The notes below the pieces were generated by a model. That model searched no databases. It was not told the DNA's origin and saw nothing but the letters and a program-made list of their open reading frames with translations. A stretch of 25,189 nt of DNA from positions 1 through 25,189 of the forward strand of contig JAZSHG010000255.1 of NCBI GenBank assembly GCA_045533135.1. Direction: 5' to 3'. Position 1 is the stretch's first letter, and each line of letters opens with the position of its first letter. Source of the DNA: Acutalibacteraceae bacterium (lineage in GTDB: Bacteria > Bacillota > Clostridia > Oscillospirales > Acutalibacteraceae). Positions 1 to 8,646 of the stretch are shown here, piece by piece. The position numbers and the translations under genes were made by a program.

Positions 1-27
1 TGCCGGCTGATTTCAGCCGGCATTTTT
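1..27. terminator. Intrinsic terminator-like hairpin at the 3' end of ruvX (probably bidirectional)
   Basis: TGCCGGCTGA (1-10), TT loop, TCAGCCGGCA (13-22), then TTTTT. It abuts the ruvX stop codon. The minus-strand U-tract would lie outside the window. Confidence 0.75.
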
Positions 28-463
28 AATTGGATTCATCTTTTTCGCGTTGCATACGCCGATGGTCAAGATAGTCCTGCAAAATAATGGTAGCCGCCAC
101 AGTGTCAACTACTGCCTTGCGTTTTTTACCGCGCACATCAGCTTCGTTCAGGTAACCAATAGCCGTAACAGTCGTCATACGCTCGTCCCACAAAACCGTT
201 TTCACATTTGTAGCAGTTTCCAATTGCTTGGCAAATTCCTCAGCGCGTTTAGCGCTCTCGCCACAGCTTCCATCCATATTGCGTGGGTGCCCAACAACGA
301 TCAGCTCGGGTTTTTGCGCCGTAACAATATTAACCACCCGTTGCAACAGCTTTTCGGAGTAGTATTGATTGATCGTTTCCAGTGGCGAGGCTAACAATTC
401 GGTAGCGTCACAAATGGCCAAGCCCGTGCGTGCTAGCCCTAAGTCAATTGCCATAATACGCAT
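26..463 (-). CDS. ruvX: Holliday junction resolvase-like / pre-16S rRNA nuclease (YqgF/RuvX family)
   Basis: MRIMAIDLG..RTGLAICD start, VVGHPRNMDGS, and WDERMTT and VDTVAATIILQDYLD motifs typical of YqgF. RBS AGGGAG upstream. Confidence 0.95.
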   Translation of the reverse strand: MRIMAIDLGLARTGLAICDATELLASPLETINQYYSEKLLQRVVNIVTAQKPELIVVGHPRNMDGSCGESAKRAEEFAKQLETATNVKTVLWDERMTTVTAIGYLNEADVRGKKRKAVVDTVAATIILQDYLDHRRMQREKDESN

Positions 464-475
464 AATGTAGCTCCC

Positions 476-1876
476 TTAAGTGAATTCATCAGTAAGCGCT
501 TTTTTCTTTTCCAATTTATAAACAATAGCAAAGCAAATAAAATGTACCGCAGTGGTGATGGCCCAGGAAATGGGATATGATACAAAAATAACCCAAAATT
601 TCTTGTGAATCTCAAAAACTGTATATATCCAAATAATTCGAAAAACACAGGATCCAAGAAGCGATACGATCATCGGCATAACCGAACGGCCAAGTCCACG
701 TAGCACGCCGACAACAGTTTCCATCATTCCACACAGGAAATATGGAATAAGCACCCAGGTGAGTCGTACAATACCTGCGTTAATAACCTCCGTGTCGGTA
801 TCATAAAGCGACAGAAGCGGGTATCTTAATAAGAAAATAGCCGCTGAAAGCACAATACCCAGCACGGTTACAGACCCTGCACAAGACAGCAACACGCGTG
901 GCACACGCGTAAGTTTTTTAGCGCCAAAATTTTGACCGGTAAAGGTGATAGCGGCTTGCGAAAAGGCATTTAGTGCCACATAAGCAAAGCCGTCAATATT
1001 GGAAGCCGCAGTGTTTCCTGCCATCATTTCGGTACCAAAAAAATTAATAGAAGACTGAATAAGCATATTGGATACCGAGAACAAAGCACCCTGTATGCCA
1101 GCCGGCATACCAATGCGCGTTATAGTCTTGAGAACCCTTGGATGTAGTCGCAGCTCGCGTATATACAGGCGGAAACAGCCATCTGTATGCATTAGACAGC
1201 GCACAGTCAAAAACGCCGCCAAACATTGAGATAGTACAGTGGCGACAGCAACACCGGTAACACCCCACCACCATGGCAACGATTCCATAGAAAGAAGATG
1301 AGGCAATGCAAGAACAAAAAAGAGGTTGAGTGCTAAATTTAGTAGGCCCGACAGTATCAAGAAAATCATAGGCCGGCGTGTATCGCCAACTGCACGCAAA
1401 ATGGAAGCGCCAAAGTTATAAATACCGATAGCAGGCAAACCGCAAAAATAAATAAAAACGTAGAGATGTGCCATATCCAGCACTTCCCCCTCGGGGGTTT
1501 GCATCAATACAAGAAGTGGGCGTGAAACAAATAGGCCAATGATACCGACAACGATTCCACCGATAACGCTGAAAAGCATCGAGGTGTGCACCGTATCACT
1601 GACACCACGTGTATCTGAAGCACCAAACCGTTGTGCCACAACAACGCCGGCTCCAACAGAAAGTCCCATAAACAGGTTGACAATCAGGTTGACCATTGAG
1701 CCGGTCGAGCCAACCGCCGCAAGTGCGGCGCTGTTAACAAATCGGCCAACAACGACCATATCGACCATATTAAAAAGCAGTTGCAAAATGCCGGAAAGCA
1801 TCAGCGGTATAGAAAACGCCCACACCTTTTTAAGAAGCGGGCCATTACACATATCCATTTCTAAGCGTTTCCTCAC
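476..1876 (-). CDS. MATE family efflux transporter
   Basis: DMCNGPLLKKVWAFSIPLMLSGILQLLFNMVDMVVVGRF N-terminus, two MATE repeats and about 12 hydrophobic segments. Start moved to GTG at 1876 (RBS AGGAG upstream). ATGs at 1858 and 1852 are alternatives. Confidence 0.93.
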   Translation of the reverse strand: MRKRLEMDMCNGPLLKKVWAFSIPLMLSGILQLLFNMVDMVVVGRFVNSAALAAVGSTGSMVNLIVNLFMGLSVGAGVVVAQRFGASDTRGVSDTVHTSMLFSVIGGIVVGIIGLFVSRPLLVLMQTPEGEVLDMAHLYVFIYFCGLPAIGIYNFGASILRAVGDTRRPMIFLILSGLLNLALNLFFVLALPHLLSMESLPWWWGVTGVAVATVLSQCLAAFLTVRCLMHTDGCFRLYIRELRLHPRVLKTITRIGMPAGIQGALFSVSNMLIQSSINFFGTEMMAGNTAASNIDGFAYVALNAFSQAAITFTGQNFGAKKLTRVPRVLLSCAGSVTVLGIVLSAAIFLLRYPLLSLYDTDTEVINAGIVRLTWVLIPYFLCGMMETVVGVLRGLGRSVMPMIVSLLGSCVFRIIWIYTVFEIHKKFWVIFVSYPISWAITTAVHFICFAIVYKLEKKKALTDEFT

Positions 1877-1899
1877 AGGACCATCTCCTAACGCCTTCA

Positions 1900-1927
1900 A
1901 TTATAGCATGTTGTAAATAATTTGCAA
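1900..1927 (-). promoter_or_regulatory. Putative sigma-A promoter for the MATE gene
   Basis: Minus strand: TTGCAA, 16 bp, TATAAT, with TGn extended -10. Confidence 0.6.
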
Positions 1928-1943
1928 CAATTTATTACACGGT

Positions 1944-1972
1944 TTGACTTTTTGATTGTCGGATGATATGAT
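1944..1972 (+). promoter_or_regulatory. Putative sigma-A promoter for queG
   Basis: TTGACT (1944-1949), 17 bp, TATGAT (1967-1972), with TGn extended -10. Confidence 0.6.
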
Positions 1973-1999
1973 ATGTGTGTCAGAAGATGAGGTGAGAAA

Positions 2000-2809
2000 A
2001 TGAAGGCAACAATCGAAGGCGCTCTCAGGCGTAAAGGCATTTCGCTTTACAGTTTCTGTACCTATGATGCCATAAAAGAGCATTTAATAGAATGCCGCGC
2101 GGCGGCACGCTTGCCCCAGAATCCCAAATCAGTCATTGTTTGCCTGTTTCCTTACCAATTTTCTGATGTTTCAGCGCGCAATCTTTCTCGGTATGCTTGT
2201 GTTTCTGACTACCACCATGTAGTCGGTGATTGTCTAAATGACATCTGCGTGCATCTTTCATCTGTAATGGGATATAACTTTACAGCATTTGTCGATAACT
2301 CACCTATTCCTGAAGTGCGCTCAGCCGCCCTTGCAGGGCTCGGTGTCATTGGAGATAACGGTTTACTGATCCACGAAACCTTCGGATCTTATGTTTTTAT
2401 CGGTACAATCGTAACCGATGCGCCGGTAAATATTACAAATACCCCCATAAGGGAGTGTTTGCACTGTGGAGCTTGTAAGAAGGCCTGTCCTACCGGTGCT
2501 TTATCTGCTAAAAAGCAATCGCCTGACCGACTTTTATGCTTGTCTGACATAACACAGCGAAAAGGCGAGCTTACTTCTGACGAGGAAAAACACCTGAAAG
2601 AGAATGGACTTCTGTGGGGTTGTGACCGTTGTCAGGAGGTCTGTCCCCTTAACAAAGGCGCCATCTGCGAGCCATTTTGCGGGTTTGACAGCTTTTCTCC
2701 TTGGCTTGATGGCATTCCTTCCGGTGACGACCTCAAAAATAAGCCATACGGCTGGCGCGGCGAAAAGGTTTTACAGCGAAACTGGCGCATTCTTTACCCA
2801 AAGGAATAA
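2000..2809 (+). CDS. queG: Epoxyqueuosine reductase QueG-like Fe-S protein (compact form)
   Basis: SRYA..SDYH, FVDNSPIPE..AALAGLG.IGDNGLLI..TFGSYVFIG, CLHCGACKKACP ferredoxin motif, CLSDITQRKG and GCDRCQEVCP. Confidence 0.85.
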   Translation: MKATIEGALRRKGISLYSFCTYDAIKEHLIECRAAARLPQNPKSVIVCLFPYQFSDVSARNLSRYACVSDYHHVVGDCLNDICVHLSSVMGYNFTAFVDNSPIPEVRSAALAGLGVIGDNGLLIHETFGSYVFIGTIVTDAPVNITNTPIRECLHCGACKKACPTGALSAKKQSPDRLLCLSDITQRKGELTSDEEKHLKENGLLWGCDRCQEVCPLNKGAICEPFCGFDSFSPWLDGIPSGDDLKNKPYGWRGEKVLQRNWRILYPKE

Positions 2810-2837
2810 CATTTCACTTTGCGTATATTATTTTTGT

Positions 2838-2864
2838 AAAACGCCTTGAAAATCAAGGCGTTTT
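2838..2864. terminator. Inverted repeat after queG (terminator or operator), overlapping the darA promoter
   Basis: AAAACGCCTTGA (2838-2849), AAA, TCAAGGCGTTTT (2853-2864). Confidence 0.6.
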
Positions 2865-2874
2865 GCGATATAAT
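2846..2874 (+). promoter_or_regulatory. Putative sigma-A promoter for darA-holB-ricT
   Basis: TTGAAA (2846-2851), 17 bp, TATAAT (2869-2874). Confidence 0.7.
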
Positions 2875-2914
2875 GGTTCGTGTATATATGGCGAATTGAT
2901 TGGAGGAATCTGTT

Positions 2915-3235
2915 ATGAAACTGATTATGGCTATTGTTAATAAGGATGACAGCAATGCCGTCTCCTCGGCGTTGACCAAAAAAGGCTTTTCTGTTACGAA
3001 GCTGGCCACTACCGGCGGTTTTTTGATGTCCGGCAACACCACCTTTTTGCTCGGTGTTGACGAATCGCGCATCGACGAGGCCATGTCTATTATTGAGAAG
3101 CACTCCAAAAAGCGTTCGCAGATGGTTCCCAGCACCACTTATGGTACTTCTTCCTACTCTTCGTTCCCGATGGAAGTTACCGTTGGCGGCGCTACTGTTT
3201 TTGTGCTGAACGTCGAACGTTACGAGAAATTGTAA
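2915..3235 (+). CDS. darA: Cyclic-di-AMP receptor, PII-like (DarA/PstA, DUF970)
   Basis: MKLIMAIVNKDD..V..AL.KKGFSVTKLATTGGFLMSGNTTFLLGV..EVTVGGATVFVLNVE. ATG at 2915 follows RBS GGAGG. Confidence 0.95.
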   Translation: MKLIMAIVNKDDSNAVSSALTKKGFSVTKLATTGGFLMSGNTTFLLGVDESRIDEAMSIIEKHSKKRSQMVPSTTYGTSSYSSFPMEVTVGGATVFVLNVERYEKL

Positions 3236-3236
3236 T

Positions 3237-4226
3237 ATGCGCTGGAATGATTTTGCTGGCAATGCCGCTATTAAACGACAAATCTCCTCTTTTGTGGATT
3301 CTCGCCACTTTCCACATGCACTGTTATTAGAAGGTGCAAAAGGTAGCGGTAAAAAGACACTCGCCCGTATTATCGCCGCAGCCGCCGTATGTGAAAGTGT
3401 TGCCGAGCGCCCTTGCGGAGAATGTGCCCACTGCCGCAAAGCTTTTTTGGATGTGCATCCTGACATTTCCTTTTATTGCGGTGATGGTACAGCGCGTTCT
3501 TTGCATTTGGAAACGATCCTACGCATTCGCGATGAGGCATATATTCTGCCTAATGAGGCGCAAAAGCGTGTTTTTGTATTGGCAGATGCACAGTGTATGA
3601 CCGAGCGTGCACAAAACACCCTGTTAAAAGTGTTAGAAGAGCCGCCTGCACACGTCCTGTTCATCCTTACTTGTGAAAGTCGATTGCAACTTTTACAGAC
3701 GATACAGTCACGCGCCCTTGCATTGCCCTTGGAGGCAGTTTCGCTGGACGAAGCACTGCCCGTTCTGCAAAGGCAATTACCCGATCAGCCGGTCGAAGAA
3801 ATCAAAAAGGCTTTCTCTGTTTTTGGTGGATATATCGGTCAAACGCTGGATGGTTTGCAAGGCGATGATTATCGCGAGGTGCTTGATATTTTGCCATCGT
3901 TAGTTGATGGATTAACTGCTCCTAATGAGCTGGCACTGCTCAAATGCACAGCTCCGCTTTTGCAAAACAAAGCCCTACTGGATGGGGTGCTTTCGGCTTT
4001 AATGCTTGTTTTTCGCGATTCTTTAGCGCAAAGGAGCAATCATTCTACACGCCTGTCCCCTGTTCCGGCTGTGGCCGAAGAATTGTCAGCGCGTGTTACC
4101 ATGTTACAGCTGACGAAGTTGATGGAAGTTATCGAAGAAACACAACAGTATCGCTTTAAAAATATGAATACCGCGTTATTGATCACGCGTTTTTGTGCGC
4201 AACTGCGTGCGGCAGTTGGGCGATAA
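3237..4226 (+). CDS. holB: DNA polymerase III delta-prime subunit
   Basis: HALLLEGAKGSGK P-loop, PCGECAHC zinc motif, VHPD, AQNTLLKVLEEPP and LLQTIQSR (SRC-like) motifs. Conserved position between darA and ricT. Confidence 0.9.
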   Translation: MRWNDFAGNAAIKRQISSFVDSRHFPHALLLEGAKGSGKKTLARIIAAAAVCESVAERPCGECAHCRKAFLDVHPDISFYCGDGTARSLHLETILRIRDEAYILPNEAQKRVFVLADAQCMTERAQNTLLKVLEEPPAHVLFILTCESRLQLLQTIQSRALALPLEAVSLDEALPVLQRQLPDQPVEEIKKAFSVFGGYIGQTLDGLQGDDYREVLDILPSLVDGLTAPNELALLKCTAPLLQNKALLDGVLSALMLVFRDSLAQRSNHSTRLSPVPAVAEELSARVTMLQLTKLMEVIEETQQYRFKNMNTALLITRFCAQLRAAVGR

Positions 4227-4240
4227 ATAAGGAGGTCTAT

Positions 4241-5119
4241 ATGGCAAATATTGTTGGTATTCGCTTTAAGAATACCGGAAAAGTATATTATTTTGATCCG
4301 TGCGATTTCATATTAGAAAAAGGTAGCTTAGCGGTTGTAGAAACTTCGCGCGGTGAAGAATGCGGTGAGGTCGTGCTTCCCAATCAAGAAGCGTCAGACA
4401 GCACCATCGTTAAACCGCTTAAACCTGTTCTGCGTCCTGCGACGCCAAATGACGTTGCACGCATGAAAGAAAATGCCGCCAAGGAAGAAAAAGCACTTCA
4501 TATATGCCAGGAGAAGATCCTACAGCACAAGCTGGATATGAAACTGGTAGATGTGGAATATGCTTTCGACGGCTCAAAAATCTTGTTTTATTTCACAGCG
4601 GATGGGCGTGTGGATTTCCGCGGCCTTGTAAAAGATCTTGCCTCCGTGTTCCATACCCGTATTGAATTGCGTCAAATCGGTGTGCGTGATGAGGCCAAAA
4701 TGCTCGGCGGTCTTGGCATCTGCGGGCGCCCCTTCTGCTGTACGCAATTTCTTCCCGATTTCCAGCCTGTTTCTATTAAGATGGCAAAGGAGCAGGGGCT
4801 TTCTCTCAACCCCACCAAGATTTCCGGCACCTGCGGTCGTTTGATGTGCTGTCTGAAATATGAGCAAGACACCTATGAGGCACTCATCAAGGCCTCACCT
4901 CGTGTTGGTGCTTTGGTGAACACCGACGAAGGCCGCGGCATCGTACAAGAACTCAACTTACTGGCAGGCACTGTGCGTGTGAGATTGGATAAGTCACCTG
5001 ACTCACCCCCTGTTTTGATGCCCGTCAATCATGTCAAGGTTATTCGTGACAATAAAGGCGGCACACCACGCGCCGAATCCGATAATTCCGAGGAACTTTC
5101 GGAAGAAGGCGGTAACTAA
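4241..5119 (+). CDS. ricT: PSP1-domain protein RicT/YaaT (stage 0 sporulation family)
   Basis: GIRFKNTGKVYYFDP, ADGRVDFR.LVKDLA..F.TRIELRQIGVRDEAK..GG.G.CGR..CC and KISG.CGRLMCCLKYE. ATG at 4241 follows RBS AAGGAGG. Confidence 0.95.
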   Translation: MANIVGIRFKNTGKVYYFDPCDFILEKGSLAVVETSRGEECGEVVLPNQEASDSTIVKPLKPVLRPATPNDVARMKENAAKEEKALHICQEKILQHKLDMKLVDVEYAFDGSKILFYFTADGRVDFRGLVKDLASVFHTRIELRQIGVRDEAKMLGGLGICGRPFCCTQFLPDFQPVSIKMAKEQGLSLNPTKISGTCGRLMCCLKYEQDTYEALIKASPRVGALVNTDEGRGIVQELNLLAGTVRVRLDKSPDSPPVLMPVNHVKVIRDNKGGTPRAESDNSEELSEEGGN

Positions 5120-5152
5120 GGACAACATTTTTTTCTTTCACCTTTTTGGTAC

Positions 5153-5180
5153 TTGCATTTTTTGCGAAGTGTGCTATTAT
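5153..5180 (+). promoter_or_regulatory. Putative promoter of the ferredoxin gene
   Basis: TTGCAT (5153-5158), 16 bp, TATTAT (5175-5180), with TGn extended -10. Confidence 0.55.
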
Positions 5181-5213
5181 ATTAGTTGTTAATCGTAAAG
5201 GAGGTGCTTCAAA

Positions 5214-5384
5214 ATGGCGTACAAAATTTCCGATGATTGCATCATGTGCGGTGCTTGCGTTGACGCTTGCCCCGTTTCTGCGATCTCCGAAGGCGATGGC
5301 AAATATGTTATCGATGCAGACACCTGCATTGATTGCGGCAGCTGTGCCGACGCTTGTCCCGTGAGCGCTCCTCAGGCGGACTAA
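5214..5384 (+). CDS. fdx: Clostridial-type 2[4Fe-4S] ferredoxin, 56 aa (not in the ORF track)
   Basis: Hand translation: MAYKISDDCIMCGACVDACPVSAISEGDGKYVIDADTCIDCGSCADACPVSAPQAD*. Two CxxCxxCxxxCP motifs and RBS AAGGAGG at 5198-5204. Confidence 0.97.
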   Translation: MAYKISDDCIMCGACVDACPVSAISEGDGKYVIDADTCIDCGSCADACPVSAPQAD

Positions 5385-5421
5385 TTGGCAAACGACGGTT
5401 TTCCGTCCTGTACATGCCCCT

Positions 5422-5463
5422 TTACCGGACGGCACTTCTTTGCCGTCCGGTAATTTGTTTTTG
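5422..5463 (+). terminator. Intrinsic terminator after the ferredoxin
   Basis: TTACCGGACGGCA (5422-5434), CTTCTT, TGCCGTCCGGTAA (5441-5453), then TTTGTTTTTT. Confidence 0.75.
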
Positions 5464-5475
5464 AGGTGAAAACGC

Positions 5476-6198
5476 ATGCCCGTCCGTTGGCTACCACTTG
5501 GAAATGACATTTCCATTGCCACATCAAAAGAGCATACTTTTGGCACTGACGCTGTGCTTTTGGCATATTTCGCAAGTCCTAAAAGCGGCGAGCATGGCTG
5601 CGATTTAGGTACAGGATGCGGTATTATCCCCTTTTTGTGGGCACGTGACAGACTTGACATCAACGTAACAGGAGTTGACTGTCAAGCAGACGCCATAGCT
5701 TTGGCGACGGAAAGCTTGCAAGCACTCAACACCCCGACAAAGTTGCAATTTATCACGGCCGATTTTCGTAAATGGATACCCCAAAAACCGTTTTCACTGG
5801 TCGTCAGTAATCCGCCGTTTTTCTCTGAAGTAAGCCAAAAACATACTATGAGCTATGCGCGCCGTTTGGCACGTCAAGAGGGTGTTGGTTGCACTTTTGA
5901 GGAACTGTGTCAAACTGTTACACGAATTCTTGATAAAAACGGACGATTTTGCTTTTGTCACCGTCCCGAAAATATTGAGCACCTAAAAACGCAACTCGCA
6001 GCACAAGGTCTGTTTATACGCAAGTCGATAACTGTTTTTCACAGCATCCAAAATGAACCGTTTTTGTGGCTTTGCGAGGCTACAAAAGCACCAACGGATA
6101 CTGTTTTTGCCACAAAGTGGATACTGCAAGAAAATGGCGTCCCAACGCCTTTATATAAGCAAATTTATGCACCATTCTTCAAGGAGAGTTCGCTATGA
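5476..6198 (+). CDS. trmN6: SAM-dependent methyltransferase, tRNA1(Val) A37 N6-methyltransferase (YabB/TrmN6) family
   Basis: FGTDAVLLAYF, DLGTGCGIIP (motif I) and VVSNPPFF (motif IV). Lies directly upstream of rsmI, as in the Bacillota holB block. Confidence 0.8.
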   Translation: MPVRWLPLGNDISIATSKEHTFGTDAVLLAYFASPKSGEHGCDLGTGCGIIPFLWARDRLDINVTGVDCQADAIALATESLQALNTPTKLQFITADFRKWIPQKPFSLVVSNPPFFSEVSQKHTMSYARRLARQEGVGCTFEELCQTVTRILDKNGRFCFCHRPENIEHLKTQLAAQGLFIRKSITVFHSIQNEPFLWLCEATKAPTDTVFATKWILQENGVPTPLYKQIYAPFFKESSL

Positions 6199-7031
6199 GC
6201 GGTCAACTCATTTTAATAGGAACCCCCATCGGCAATCTTGCTGATTTTTCACCACGTGCACGTGAAGCTTTGGAACAATGCGACTTTATCGCCGCCGAGG
6301 ATACGCGTGTGAGCAGTCATCTGCTTAATCACTTTGGCATCAAAAAGCCGCTTGTGAGCTATTTTGAACACAACAAAGCGGAGCGCGGCCCTCAAATTTG
6401 CGCCCGTATTCAAAATGGAGAGACGGCGGTACTTGTCACAGATGCAGGAATGCCTGCTATTTCTGACCCCGGCGAAGATTTGGTGGCATTGTGCCGCCGT
6501 GAAGGCATCACTGTCACCTGTTGCCCCGGTCCTACAGCAGTGACAACAGCATTGGCACTTTCCGGTCTGTCAACGCGACGCTTCACTTTTGAAGGGTTCT
6601 TGTCAACCGATAAAAAAGAGCGGCGCGAGCATTTAAAAAGTTTGCAAGACGAACAGCGCACCATGGTGTTTTATGAAGCACCGCACAAGTTGGAAAACAC
6701 ACTGCACGATTTTGAGGAATTCTTTGGTGACCGCGCAATTGTTTTGGCGCGTGAATTGACTAAAATCCACGAAGAAGTGGTAAGTACAACTGTTTCAAAA
6801 GCACTTGCGCTTTTGGCTGAGAAGCCTCCAAGAGGCGAATATGTACTGGTGTTGTCGGGTGCTACACCTACCGAAAAAGCCGCCTCCCCTATTGAACAAG
6901 CTGTGACGCTTGCCAAAATGTATATGCAGGAAGGTGCTTCTGTTTCCGAAGCGGCCAAGCGTGCGGCGTCAGATTGTCAACTCAAGAAAAGTGAAGTTTA
7001 CCGCTTGCTGGTAACTGAAAAAGGAGAATAA
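6195..7031 (+). CDS. rsmI: 16S rRNA (cytidine1402-2'-O)-methyltransferase
   Basis: LILIGTPIGNLADFSPRA, IAAEDTR, LVTDAGMPAISDPG, FTFEGFL, FYEAPH and ARELTKIHEE. Confidence 0.96.
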   Translation: MSGQLILIGTPIGNLADFSPRAREALEQCDFIAAEDTRVSSHLLNHFGIKKPLVSYFEHNKAERGPQICARIQNGETAVLVTDAGMPAISDPGEDLVALCRREGITVTCCPGPTAVTTALALSGLSTRRFTFEGFLSTDKKERREHLKSLQDEQRTMVFYEAPHKLENTLHDFEEFFGDRAIVLARELTKIHEEVVSTTVSKALALLAEKPPRGEYVLVLSGATPTEKAASPIEQAVTLAKMYMQEGASVSEAAKRAASDCQLKKSEVYRLLVTEKGE

Positions 7032-7034
7032 ATA

Positions 7035-7613
7035 ATGCCAATGTTATTATCTTTGTCCGCCTCTTCGGAGCGTGTACGCCTGATCGTTTTAATTTTGCTC
7101 GCTGTGCTGGTTGGCGGCTACCTTTGGTACCTCAATCGCAAAAAGCCCGAAACGAAGCATAAAACGCCTTATGAACATCTAACCGAAGAACAGCTTAACG
7201 CCATCCCCGATGAGGAGCTTCTTTCGGCTGTAATACAAAACTTGCTCAGCAAGACGGACAAGCGTAATCCACAGCCATATCTGACGATTCCTGCATTGGG
7301 CGAAGCGCGATGCAGTGTATATTGCGTGTGGCTATTCACACATTCTGTGCGTCAAAACGGTTTTGCTGTTTTGCTGAAAACTCCTGACCGGGCTTTTGGC
7401 GAAATGGCCGTAGATGCTTTTACCGCTGTCGGTGCACACGGGTGCGCCGCTGCCGTGTCTACAGCTATTTCTGCAGATAATGCCGATACTATCAAACAGG
7501 CTGATGATGCATTTTTGCAGGCTGTTGAATCCGAGAACCCCCTTGCCGCCTGTGTTCCCTATATTCGTGATAATCTATCGCTGTTTTGCGACGATACCAC
7601 AACGGAAGGGTGA
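7035..7613 (+). CDS. Hypothetical protein with an N-terminal membrane anchor; possible divergent DMP19/DUF4375 domain
   Basis: RBS AAGGAG. Hydrophobic segment LIVLILLAVLVGGYLWYL. The segment VYCVWLFTHSVRQNGF..AVDAFTAVGA..CAAAV loosely resembles the DUF4375 pattern (recognition only). Confidence 0.7.
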   Translation: MPMLLSLSASSERVRLIVLILLAVLVGGYLWYLNRKKPETKHKTPYEHLTEEQLNAIPDEELLSAVIQNLLSKTDKRNPQPYLTIPALGEARCSVYCVWLFTHSVRQNGFAVLLKTPDRAFGEMAVDAFTAVGAHGCAAAVSTAISADNADTIKQADDAFLQAVESENPLAACVPYIRDNLSLFCDDTTTEG

Positions 7614-8599
7614 CCGCTTTGGATGCCAAATTGCTTGCCTTTCTTTCTCAAATTTCCCCTGAAGAACAATCCATTCTATCGGGGAAATTATTGGATAAGG
7701 ACACTTATGTCAGCGGCAATACCTTTGTAATTGACAGCGAAAAGATGCTGGCAGGTCGTCTTTTACAAGTGCGCACACACACACGATTTGTGGAGTTCCC
7801 TGATCACTCGCACAACTATGTGGAAATGGTATATATGTGCAAGGGAACTACCACCCACATCATTGATCACACCTCCACTATAAAACTGGAGCAAGGTGAA
7901 CTCCTGCTTTTGGGGCCGCGCATTTCGCATCGCATTTTATCTGCAGGTGAACAGGATGTGGCGGTCAATATTATGGTGCGGCCGGAGTTTTTTAACCGCA
8001 CAATGGGCTGGATGCAGACCGAAAACGTTTTGCGCAGTTTTCTCATTGACGTATTGCGACAAAAGGGAGATCACTCGCAGGTGCTCCACTTTCGTGTTGC
8101 CGATGTGCCTCCTGTACAGAATTTGGTGGAAAATCTGCTATGGAACACCCTTTCAGGTGAACACAACGCTGACGATTCTCTGCTCTCGATGACAATGGGG
8201 TTGCTGTTTACACAGCTGATCAAATATGTAGACCGTCTGCAGACCGATGAGCTCGAACGCCCCGACAGTGCTCTTACGCTTTCCGTTCTTCACTATATTG
8301 AAGAACACTATCGCGCCGCTAACTTGTCAGAGCTTGCCGAACAACTACATCAACCGCTATATCGACTGAGCCGCATTATTAAAAAAGAAACCGGCTTAAC
8401 TTTCAAAGAACTCTTGCAACAAAAGCGGTTCCAATGTGCCGTACAGCTTTTAACAGAAACCGATCTGCCCGTCAATGCGATTATTGAAACAGTCGGTTAT
8501 GAAAATACCAGTTATTTTCATCGTAAGTTTCGTAAACAATTTGCACTTTCACCCAAAGAATTCCGCAGGCGAAAGATAAACGCAGAAAATGGAAGATAA
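7610..8599 (+). CDS. AraC family transcriptional regulator (cupin sensor plus HTH), probable rhamnose regulator
   Basis: HTRFVEFPDHSHNYVEMVYMCKG cupin motif and C-terminal AraC HTH (VGYENTSYFHRKFRKQF..SPKEFR). Start is GTG 7610 (overlapping the upstream TGA) or TTG 7619. Sits directly upstream of rhaB-rhaA. Confidence 0.92.
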   Translation: MTALDAKLLAFLSQISPEEQSILSGKLLDKDTYVSGNTFVIDSEKMLAGRLLQVRTHTRFVEFPDHSHNYVEMVYMCKGTTTHIIDHTSTIKLEQGELLLLGPRISHRILSAGEQDVAVNIMVRPEFFNRTMGWMQTENVLRSFLIDVLRQKGDHSQVLHFRVADVPPVQNLVENLLWNTLSGEHNADDSLLSMTMGLLFTQLIKYVDRLQTDELERPDSALTLSVLHYIEEHYRAANLSELAEQLHQPLYRLSRIIKKETGLTFKELLQQKRFQCAVQLLTETDLPVNAIIETVGYENTSYFHRKFRKQFALSPKEFRRRKINAENGR

Positions 8600-8607
8600 T
8601 TGCAAAT

Positions 8608-8646
8608 AAGGACGCTGTTTTAGTCAAACAGCGTCCTTGCTTTTTT
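8608..8646 (+). terminator. Inverted repeat after the AraC gene (terminator and/or regulator site)
   Basis: AAGGACGCTGTTT (8608-8620), TAGTC, AAACAGCGTCCTT (8626-8638), then GCTTTTTT. Confidence 0.65.

Noticed and set aside
2828-3466. 212-aa minus-strand ORF
   Set aside because: It is antisense to darA and holB and runs through their promoter region. No family features.
5040-5663. 207-aa minus-strand ORF, and the 72-aa plus-strand ORF at 5146-5364
   Set aside because: Both overlap the real ferredoxin (5214-5384), which has an RBS and two complete Fe-S motifs in another frame.
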